Of a DNA stretch of 64,000 nt, positions 52,993 through 64,000 are shown piece after piece. The stretch's first letter is position 1; the number at the start of each line of letters is the position of its first letter. The translations under genes and the position numbers were made by a program. A model generated the notes under the pieces. It was not told the origin of the DNA. It saw nothing but the letters and a program-made list of their open reading frames with translations, and ran no database searches. The stretch is from Thalia democratica (Eukaryota): the NCBI GenBank assembly GCA_965202585.1, contig OZ241826.1, positions 77,190,001 through 77,254,000 of the forward strand. Reading direction: 5' to 3'.

Positions 52993-53089
52993 TTTTTAAT
53001 GTTCCAGCTTCTTTGCGAAGTAGTTCTTGACATGCGACCTAACTTTACTGCTTCAATTTTCTCTACAACTGGAGCCTTTATGGCAGCAT
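52993..53089 (-). pseudogene. Orphan paralogue of BPI-gene exon 2
   Basis: AACAG|AT GCT GCC...ATT AAA AA|GTAATT, same phases (1 to 2) as 59062-58957. AAIKAPVVEKIEAVKLGRMSRTTSQRSWNIK vs ASRDISGGLISKQVEAVKVGGMSGTKSGVKWQIK. Other exons not found by eye. Confidence 0.7.
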
Positions 53090-56000
53090 CTGTTAAACTT
53101 TTTTAATTTGGAAAAATGTGTTTTAGTTAAACGTTTGTACTAGTCGTGTTTAATTTTAAATTTTGTAAACTATTTGTAACAGTTTGTAGTTATAGTAAAA
53201 AATAACTGCATTTTTAAACAAAATAATCTAACCTGTAATACGTAAATAAAGAGTTTTATTTGTAAGAAAATAAGTTAGTTTAAGTTATAACTTTTAGCAA
53301 ACTATTAGGCAGCTAAATGTATGTTGAAAGTGCTTTAGTTTAAAGTAGCGTTGTGATAATTTAAACATACTTTTAGTTTAAAAGTTAACGAAAGTATTTA
53401 ATTGAGATTTGTATAGCTTTAAGAGCAATGCTATGTCTTAATATTATTTAAACGGTTAATAAAAGCTAGTTTAATGCCTTAACGTTAACAACTAAGTACT
53501 CAGTTTGCACATTATGCTATTTAGTTTTCTTTAAAAAGTAAAATCTGAAGACTTTGTTGTTAAAATAATAGTGATTTAACATTTTTGTTGAAAGTTTTGT
53601 ACGTTACATAGCAACAGAATGAAGTCGAACAGAATTTTTTAAGACGACTGGCAATTAAGGTTAGGCTTATTAATTAAATAAATAAGCCATATCTTAATTA
53701 GGTTTTCTTTTGTTTTAGTAAACCTATTTCTATTTATGGCAATCGTTATGAGCAAAAAATTTTTTTGAATTATTTGAGTAGTTCTTTTTCAGTGTTTTTA
53801 ATTTGAGTTTTTCAAATTAGATGATTAAACGTACTTTAACACATTATAAAATACTCTATTATTTACTATTTTAATAGTTTTTTTATTGTTATTTATTATT
53901 TGATGTTGTTTAGCGGCATTTTAAGATTTTGTCGATTTCACTTCAAAAGTAGTTTTTAGTTAAGCATTTGAACTGAATTGAAAATTTTTGATATCGTCAT
54001 AAGCTTTAGTAAAGTTTGAAATAAAATACTTTTAAAACTTAATTAATTTTTTTTTAATCTTTTTTACGCAATTAAAAGTATTTAAGCAAAAGTTTAATAC
54101 TATTCCGTACATGTTTTAAAAACATTATTTAAAATGTTCAAAAGTTTTAATAGTTTTATTTGTTTTACATTGTTTATTTTAGTCGTTGTTAAATAGTTTA
54201 AAAGTAAATTCATACACTTAAAATAAAACGTTGTCTTTTTAAGCTGTTTTTTTTTTTCAGAAAACAATTATTGATAGTTTTAAAATAACATTATTTATAC
54301 TGTTTTAAATATACTTTCTTTGTTTCGGCATCTTTTGTTTTTAGGGCAAATAACTAAAAAAAATTTGTCGGTTTATATTATTAAATAAAAGAAAAATAAA
54401 TTTTTAGTATAGTATATATCTACAAATACAGCAAAATTTACTTTAAAATAATTAAGATACCATAAACGTTAAAACATTTTATAATTGATTAATTAATAAT
54501 GTTTTTAGCAGAAGTTTTATTAAATATTTAGCTATATTTTTACGGCACATGTCATTAGTTTAGTTTTTCTGACTAATTTTATAACGACAATTTCTTCTAA
54601 TTTAGGTTTTTCAACGCTGCTAATTAGCAATACATTATTAAGATTTATAACTTAATAAAACTTACATTTTATGTAGAAAAAAAAACCTTTAACATATAGA
54701 TTTTATTTTTAAAGTTAATTGCTTTTTAAAAGAAATAAAAAAAACTCATGCAAGATGAGTAGAACTCAGTTAATCTCAAAAAATATGAAAACTAGTTATG
54801 TAACAAAAATATGTTTTTTTATGTAAAATATAAATTGTAAAAGTCTAATTTACGTTTTTAAACTTTAAGCAGATTAAATTGTTAGTCTTCTTTCTTAAGA
54901 CCAATATAATAAAACAATTTATGTTTACAAAATGAATGTATAGTGTTTAAACTATATCTATGTGGTAAAGTTTTTTATATTAAAAATCTCACATAAAATC
55001 ACATATATCTATAAATTTATTCCTATAAATAACTAACTAGTTTTGGTATTTGAATTAAAAAAAGTCTAATACATTAACTCTTTTAATTAGATTACAACTA
55101 AATATAGACTAACTAGTTTTTACTGATTTCAACCTATGCATCAAAGTAAATACAAATTTTGCTAATTTTGTAGATAATTGAGTTTAAACTAAAACTACTG
55201 GTAATTTGTCTTAAAATTGAAGTTAACAAACCAAATTAAATTTATATAAAAATTACGTATAAAAAAATTTATTAGTTTTTTGTCTACTCAACCTCAGGTA
55301 TGCACACAAAATGAACACTCTTAAGCTATTACAATCTAAATAAAATAAACTTATAATACATTTGTTTAGAATTTCAGATACTATATCTCAATTTTAAATC
55401 AAAATGCTACATATTCATTTTATCGGTCGGCAACTTTTATTTGCGGGCTGATAAAATTTGATATTTGCGGCCCTTTATTTTATAAGTAAAAACTGCCAGC
55501 GAACCGCAACTATTAAAAAATTTTATATTAATCAATAAAAATACCATTCTTTGTTTATGTTCTTAAATTAAGAATTTGCTAATATACGCAGTAATAAACC
55601 GTTTGTAATTAATATTGGTCAGGTTGATAGATTTATTATAATTTCTTACCACTAAAATTCTAAAAAAACAGTTTTTTATATAGTATATGAGGTTATTAAA
55701 GTTTTTAAATATCATTATGTTAACAAACAATTATAATTATTTGAGTTCGTTTATATTTTACAGTAATTTCTAGTACCTTTAAAAAAATTCTTTCCGCTTA
55801 TCAGGTTTAGAGAGAAAACTTTATATAAACTTAAATTACGAAAACAAATATCTCACAACCAAAAGCTCGAAATCTCCGTACACTAGTTAAATTATTTTGT
55901 ACTTTTATTTTATTGTAGAACACCTTATTCTTTTTCGAAGTTTTAATGTACACTTCTATTTCATTGGAAAATTAAATCGGAAGAAAGATATAAACTACTA

Positions 56001-56312
56001 CGTAAGCAATGATCAATAAAACATTTTTAACTACTCATTGTCTATGAAAAGTTAAAAGAATATAACAGTCCATTCATTTACTTTTAAATTATATTGTGTT
56101 AATTTTAACTACAATAAGTTTAGATTTCAACAAACTTTTTTATAAAACTAAAAATTGTGCATCTATATGTTAGTTGAATTTTTATTTTGTTGTTAGTAAA
56201 ACAAATAGTCAACAGATTAAAAAAAGTATATGTCAAAGATCACAAATCGAAGCATTACAAAAGTAGAATTTCTTTAGCGGAAGCTAATTGTCAATAACAA
56301 TTCAAAAACAGT

Positions 56313-59274
56313 TTAGAAAAACCAATTTGATTTGAAAAATTTTGCGACATCTAGCTGAAACTCGTCAGATGAAGCGTACTCCAACATCTTTTTGTTAATG
56401 GTCACACAAACCTGAAATTTTTCTATTTTTATTTTTTTAATAACTATAATAAAATCACTTAAATGTGTTCAGTCAGTAAAAACTTTGCTTTGCATGTCTT
56501 TCTATTCTACTCTACTAAAACAATAACCATTTTTTGAACATTAATAACCAAAAAATCAAAAAATTAAACAAATATAAAGCATATGTTGAGATAAATAGTT
56601 ATTTTTAATATAAGTTTTAAGTTAAAAAAAAGGATTAAAGCAAAAACTTATACACTTTTAATTATAAAAGTAAGTTCGATGTAAACTTTGATCAACAAAA
56701 AACAAACCTCTTTCTCAGCAGCAGCTTGCAACTTTGGTTTTATTAAATTTTTGATCGCATTAGGAACCTTGCTTGAGTTAATGACTAAATTAAAACTATT
56801 TATGTTGGTTTTGCATGAAACTGGAACCATCTAAAATTATGTTTTCTTTTAAACAGTACTTAAAAAAAATTCTAAATATTAAATCAAAGCTTTGAAATAT
56901 TCAATAAAAACAGTTAAACTACTAAAAGATTAAAAAATAATTTTATTTAAGCTTTATTTGTTGTTTTATAATAAAATTAAGTTCTGAGTATAAAATAGTT
57001 GTTTAAAAAAATGAAATTATAAAACAAAGCACAAAAGTTTACATAAAACCTTGTTTGTAACAGAACTTTTAATTTTACCACTTTTAAACTTGTTTCTGTA
57101 GAAAATAAACTTACTGCAATTTTGCCGTTCGCAATTCCGAGTGTTACAACCTGTGCAATTGACATGTCCGTAACATCTACAGTTATTCCCAACTTGAACC
57201 TATCATTTTGTTTTTTGATAAATAAATATTTTGTTAAGCTTTGAAAATATTTGTTTGATATTTTGTGAATTATTGAATCTAAAGTTGTTTTTAATAATAC
57301 ACAAAAACAAAAATAAGTTAAAAAATAGCTAAGTAAACTAATTACAAAAAACTACTTATTTATCAGGTTAAAAATATTTTAATTAGTTCTTTAAAGAGTA
57401 ATAACAATAAATTTAAATAAAATAATAAAATAATAAAATAAATTTTAAAATTAGTAGAAGTTTGCTGTTTGATTATAAATTAGGTATTTAAGTTATGTTG
57501 ATCTTAAGTAGATAAACGACTAAAAATAGATGCATCATTTATGCTAAAGAATGAATTTTTTATTTAAGTTTTGTGTGATTACTTTATTTATGTAAACTAA
57601 AAAGCGATTTTATTTTAGGTTCCCGCAATTTACTTTACATCTACTTTGTTCCTGTGAGCATAAATAAAGCAAACTCACAGGGTAATGACCCAACCGTTTG
57701 TTCCTTTTATATCCGCACCAATCTTAACTTTTATTCCGGGAACTTCAAACTTTAATCTGCTTTCATCTGATATGTAGGCATTTGCGCTTTTGGTTGCAGA
57801 AAATGAATGCAACTTGATGCTGTTGGTAAAAACAAAAGTAAACTCAAAACACATTAAATGTACTTGATTTTACAGTTCTGTATACACTCGCTTTGAGGCA
57901 TAGCTTATAAGTGGCTTAAGTAATAAGTTGTTTAATGTTATATATTAAACTTAACAACAAGTATTGCCTTTATTTAAACGTTGGACATTATACTAAATGA
58001 ACAAGTCACCTATAACATTGTTTTTCTTTTGCTAGAAAATTAAAAAAAAATTATCATTAATTTAAATGTTGTTTAAAAATATCAAGTGTCTTTTCGTTAC
58101 AATTAGTGAAAAACTATAAAGAAAAAACAATTCATGTCAATCAAGTGAATTTTTCATTAGTTCTAAAAATGTAATAAGAGATTAATACTTTTTTATCAGA
58201 TTAGTACTTTGTACAAATAAGTGTTAGGCTCATTTAAGATAAATGTTAATTACATTTCAATGTGCTAGACTAATGTTTTTTTTTTGAACCTGGCCATATA
58301 AAAAAATTATTAAACAGTAAAGAAGTAGTTCAATAAAAAATAAAGCTTATGTTTTTAAGTTAAGCTTTGTTGTACATTTTCATTCTTCTTTTAACAACGC
58401 TTTTATATTTGAAACCTAAAAATAAAGTTTAAATTGTCACTGTTAGCCAGCTTAGTTTTAAAATTGATTATGAAACTTTAGAAATGATTAATTCAAAAAT
58501 CATACTTTAAAGTATCCAATATAATAAACATGTGAATTTTGCTGATTGGTGTAAGGCTGAGCATCCTCTAATAAGCTGTGAGGCAATTTTTCTTAAAAAA
58601 TTGCTCGCTTGCCTTACTTTGTACAAAAAAATCTATTGCGGACCGCAATTGTTTAAAAAAGTTGTTTTTGATTAACAATATATACCGTTTCTAACCAAAA
58701 ACATGATATAATAAGCAATAATAAAGCTCTATCAAATAATATTTTTTAAACTTAGAGCCTAAATGTAAATTTATATGTAAAATATTTGTTTAAAAAAGTT
58801 AAAAAAAAACTTTTTTTAGAGAGGGCCGAATTTCGCCGACCCCTGATAAAAATAAAGCTTTATGGTGTTTTAAAACTCTAGCTTTTGTTTTATAACACTC
58901 TAATCATTTGTACTACTATTATACTATTATCGCTGTCAATTTTAAATTTTACTCACTTTTTAATCTGCCACTTTACACCTGACTTTGTTCCTGACATTCC
59001 GCCTACCTTGACTGCTTCAACCTGTTTTGAAATTAAGCCACCCGAAATATCCCTGGAAGCATCTGTTGAATTTTTCTATTTTAAATTAACAAAATTAAAT
59101 ACTTGTGCTGTTTTTTAATTGTAAACACCTATAACATTTGCTTCAAATTGTTTTTAACAATGTTGTTTAACTTTGTTGATTTATAAATCATAACTGACCG
59201 TAGGACTTGAAAAGCTGCCAGTTTTCTGCATTAACAGAAGCAAAAATTGTGAAGATTGCAAAAAATGTCTGCAT
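56313..59274 (-). CDS. Secreted BPI/LBP/PLUNC (TULIP)-family protein with a single N-terminal BPI domain, 6 exons, 209 aa
   Basis: Exons 59274-59199, 59062-58957, 57819-57679, 57199-57115, 56830-56708, 56411-56313 join in frame (630 nt), all GT-AG. Signal peptide MQTFFAIFTIFASVNA. ITVDVTDMSIAQVVTLG..NGK...VSCKTNINSFNLVIN..KVPNAIKNLIKPKL....KEVC matches BPI1 strands, including the conserved Cys pair. Confidence 0.85.
58552..58845. mobile_element. hAT (MER58/Charlie-like) MITE in BPI intron 2; related fragment at about 55420-55620
   Basis: Right end GGGCCGAATTTCGCCGACCCCTG; internal GCGGACCGCAA..TT.AAAAA matches 55498-55530; 55424 GGTCGGCAAC resembles a left end. Confidence 0.5.
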
Positions 59275-62200
59275 TTTAATTAGAAAGTTCATTTTTCTAT
59301 AATAAGATAAAACCTATAGTTAGAAAAATAATAGATTATTCGAAGTTTGATATCTTTATTATAAACTTTATTTATTTAAAATGTTATAAATTTTTAAATA
59401 TTTTAATTAAAATTAAAATTATTTTAAGAACTACTACTAGCAAATTATCAAACAATTATTTACATCATAAAATAGTTTAACTGTACAAACACTTTGTGAT
59501 AATATAAGTATATACACAAGTCTAAAAACTAAAAAAAGTATTTATTTAGTTTTACTTATATTCTGATAACTAAAAACAGTTTTTAATTTAAAAGTATTAG
59601 ACCGTCTATAATTTAAACAAATGTCTCATCAAAACAGTAAAACAGCTATTTTACACTTGACTTTACTTCGAATTTCTTAAAATATTTAAAAGCTTCCTAG
59701 GTAAAACAGCTAATGATCGTACTAAAAAAAGGTTTTGAAATTAACATAGCAAAAAAATGCAGTTAAACAGGTTTCAAAGAATTACAAACAGCTATCCGTT
59801 ACCGCGGAGTTTATAAGTTTTTTAAACAAACACTTTTTTGAGTTTGAGGTTTTTGAGTAATTTTCAATCAAACCAGCTACATATATGGTAGTTGTTACAC
59901 TAACAAATTTGATTGGTAACACCACAAAATTATTTAATTTTTTACAGTAAACTTTTTTACATTACTTAAAACTACGTATTATTATTTAAAGCTATAAATA
60001 TTCAAAGCAAGGTTATTGTAAACGTAGTTTAGCATCATATATAAGTTTCATTTACAAATTTTATATATGATGCTAATAGAGATTTACATATCAGTTTTAA
60101 TATTTTATATATTGTTAAGACTTCTTTACAAAGTTCTATGTAAATAAAAATCGTATAATATTTTTGTTCCTAATTTTTTTTTATGTTTGTTATTTCCTTA
60201 CATTTTTATTTGAGCTAATGTTGCTCTACTGTGTTTTTTTTGAGATATCGTCATTGCAAATCAGTTTACGTATATTTTTTCATGATAAAAAAAACATAGT
60301 TTAAACTTTAAAAAGCAAAAGTCAAATTTGTTAAATTTCTAAACAAAAACATTTTTTCTGTTTCAAATATACTCTTGAGCTTAGAAAGTATGTTATTAAA
60401 ACAATTTTTTTTATACTTATAACTATGATATACAAAATTTATTGAAAAAACTGTTTTAGTAAAACTGATAACAACAAAAAATAAAATTTACTACAATGTA
60501 TCATAAATCTAAGGTAAGAGAAATCAACAGTTTTTTATAAAATATATCGCTTTCCTTGAGAAGGCAAATATTATGGTTACTACAAAATATTTTATAACTA
60601 ATTTTTTAAATTTCACTTTATAATAACATTTTTGTTCGATTATTTAATCTTAAGTAAAGTCTCGAGTTACCATTATTTTTGTTTACAATAAATTGCAAAG
60701 TATTAAATTCAAACTAAACACACTAAGAATAACAATGGCATAAAATATCGAAAATATAATACTATGAACAGTAATATTTTTGTATAAAGTATTGTTTTGT
60801 TTATTTCTATGTAATTTGTTTATTATTGATTTATTCAAAATCGAAGCTGCACTTTATTCACAAACATATGTTTTCAAATACAGATACTAATGATGTATAC
60901 TAACGCAGTAAAATATATAAAGTCACTACAAAAAAAAAACCTAAAGAAAAAAATTGTTAGGTTGAAAACATGCTTATCAAAACAATACATTAATTTATTT
61001 ATATAAACACCTGAATGAAGAGTTAATTTCAAGTAGGAAGTGTAATAACTTTTGTAAAAAAGGTCCATTTGTACAGCTCGCAATAGTAACTAGGTGCAAA
61101 AAGTAATTTTACTTCGTACTTTATTATTGAAGCAGAAAACAACAATAAATATATATATTTATCAATTTTCTAATTTCATTAGATAAACAATACAAAAACA
61201 CAAAGTTAAGTATTCTATAATCTTTGGTTTCAAAAGTTTGCTTTATTGACAGTAAAGAGACAAACTTATGAAAATATAGAAAAAAAAAATAAGTTGTGAG
61301 CATTTAGCTCCTTGCAAGTTTTTACCACTATAATATGTATGATATTCTTAATCATTTTTTGAATTATAATATATATAAATTTGCCTATTAGACGCAATTT
61401 TTCATTTTTTCGTTAAAGCAAGTTTAATTAATTTTATACTTGCTTTTGGTCTTATCAATATTTGAACCTTTTTTCTTAGTATAACTCTTTTCAGATCATT
61501 AAAAATAAGAAGTTTAATGTTTTTAGCTTAAAATAGGTGTTAAAGTAACAGCAACCTTCATACGTAAATGAATTAGTAATTTTTATCTGCTTACTAGATA
61601 AACTTTTTTTTTTAATTTTTTTTCTGTATGCAAACTAGTTAAAGCAATTATATGACCAAATATTTTGAGTGCCTTTTTTTTTCTTCAACAACAATGTAAA
61701 AAATAAACTTCTTGAACAAACTTTTAAAACAGAACTAATTTGAAAGCTGGTAATACTTTTTAAAACTGTGCAACTAAACTGTGGATTTAGACGATTTTTA
61801 AAACAAACGCTTTACACCTTAGTTTTGTTAAACTAAGCTGAGACCATTCACAAACTATACTAAGGCTAACAAGTAGCAATGAAAAAGTGTAAAGTACATA
61901 TACTACTTTATACAGAAAAAGTGTTGATGATAAAAACAAATGCACAATGTATTTATTTAACCAATCTTTTTTATAGAACAGAGTTTCACAAGGTAGCGTT
62001 ATTTTTTTTCCATCAGGGGACAGTGTTTTTATGTTAAAAACATTGCTATACTAAAAAAAAATATATACAAAATGTCTAAACTCATTACTATAAAAATAAC
62101 ATTTAAGCTTATATGTGGTCTGAATTTTAAAAGTTAAGCAGACAATATGCGCAACTTTAGTAACAATTTATACAAAAAACTTTTTGTTAAACTAAGTTTT

Positions 62201-64000
62201 TTTTTTCCAATGCCAGCGAGTGAAAAACAAATATTTCTTAAATAGAAACTCAGTTGGCTAGATAATACTGTAGTATATTATCAAAAATAAAATACAGTGT
62301 TCTATCAAGCTTAACTTTTAAAATATTATAGTTTTCGTCTCACTTCTTTCAGACAGCAAAAAATTGTTAATAAAAAACGGTAAAATTAAAACTAATCCAT
62401 AGAAGACATGATCTTTTTTAAAAGATGTTTCCTTTTTAGAATACCATTACTAATTTTGTATAGACTTTCAAACTTAATAAGATACAACCAGTAGTATGAA
62501 TAAACGACTTTTTAAAACACAGTATAAAAAAATTTAAAGAAAATTTGTATTCAGATATTAAATACTTACAATTAATAGTTATTTTAAAATACAACAATTT
62601 ATTAATTGTATTGAAGAGTGTTGAGTTTTAACTACTTCATTTAATAGATTTTTTTAGTTAAATATTGTTGATTTATGTTTTTCAATTGTTATGCACTATA
62701 CGAAAGTTAATTTTTAGCAATCCTTATCTGATGAGAAGCTAAAAATTAATAACAAATTTTTTGAACCTTTAAAATAAGTGATTTATGTATGACATAATAA
62801 AAAAAGAACTCATTTTAGTATTCAAACATTGAAATCAATGTTTTAAAGACTAATAAGTATATTTTCAATCAAATATTTAAAAACAATTTTAAAGCAGTTT
62901 TGCTCATTTTTTTATTTTACACTAAAAAAACAAACGCGACAATAAAGCTAAAACTTAATACGGTTTAAAGTATTAAAAAAAAACTGTTTTTGTTAAAATT
63001 AGGTATTGAGAGTATTTTAAACCCGTTTTTGTGTAAAAGTTATGATTTTTTGCTTTACAAGTTGACTAGAATCATCAAGCACTAGGGAGTGAAAGCTTAC
63101 ATTTAACAATACTGGCCTGGGGTAACAGTTAGGATAAGGAAAAAAAAAACTTCAAACTTCTCTTTCTTATTAACTCTATAGTACCAAACACGTTGGCTGC
63201 TACTGGACGCTCATTTTGAAATCAGTAGATTTTTTTTGTGTATTAGAAGGTTGAGCCTAATAACTCATTTAAGCTACCGTTAAACTTAACAACAACTTAC
63301 TTTCAGCTTATTAGTTACATATATGTTATTAAAACTCGATAAGATTTTTAACTTTATTGACCTTATAAGCACCTAGAATTCTAGCTTATACCTTACAAAC
63401 TAATTGTATTACAAATATACTTTTAACTGTAATAACTTTTTGACCTAAAATTCAACTAAATTTTTTATACTATTTTAAAACTTTTTGACATGCTAATATA
63501 ATCAATCTTATTTTAACTTACAGTTTCTTATTATTAATAAGTTATTTTCTATAAGGTTGCTTGTTTAGTTATTGGAGAAAACATTGAATACTACCAATAA
63601 AACTAAACGAGAAAAAGTAATATTAGACAGGTCAATATTTTAAACAATAGAAATAATTCACGTTCCTACAGAAGTTACTTCCAATTTAACTGCGCAAAAC
63701 AATAACTAAAGAAAAGTTTAATAATATATTAATAACAACATTAAAAATAATACATACATATGCAAATAATATTATCGAAATGTTAACAAGTCTTATAAAG
63801 AAGAAGTAACGATGGAACTTTAAAAGCGCAAAAAACATAAGACTACTCTATTACGTTGAAAGTGGTCAACGTTTCGTAAAAAATATTTTTTAATGCTTTA
63901 GTGGTTAATAGCTAACAATAAAATGATTTTTTTTAAATGAAGTAGATCTTTTATAGCGTGTTTTAAAAAAACATCATGGAGAACTCTTTACCTTAACAGT

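Noticed and set aside
58885-59118. Plus ORF 77 aa
   Set aside because: Antisense of BPI exon 2.

Overview
Very AT-rich (roughly three-quarters A+T by eye), intron-containing animal genomic DNA. The gene content and mosaic CpG pattern suggest an invertebrate chordate, probably a tunicate (inference only). Reconstructed by hand with in-frame GT-AG splicing: a 7-exon RRP7A (minus, 6567-12697), an intronless rolling-stone/AIG1-like membrane protein (plus, 26642-27373), a 2-exon NET/NocA (ZNF503/703-like) zinc-finger gene (minus, 49116-50322), a 6-exon secreted single-domain BPI/LBP-family gene (minus, 56313-59274) with an orphan paralogous exon, and a decayed intronless BACK-Kelch gene (plus, about 40748-42420). 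The most striking item is absent from the ORF track: a minus-strand single-pass receptor (33076 to at least 35843). It has a clean TM exon and a cytoplasmic tail built from symmetric phase-1 microexons (30, 30, 57, 57 nt) carrying tyrosine/ITIM-like motifs, apparently expanding by a recent 725-bp tandem duplication that also copies a stop-containing 30-nt exon. The window also holds many hAT-type MITEs, including a CAGGGTTGCCA-ended family with 6-bp target duplications, and exon-scale GC3 islands. No rRNA, tRNA or CRISPR array was seen.
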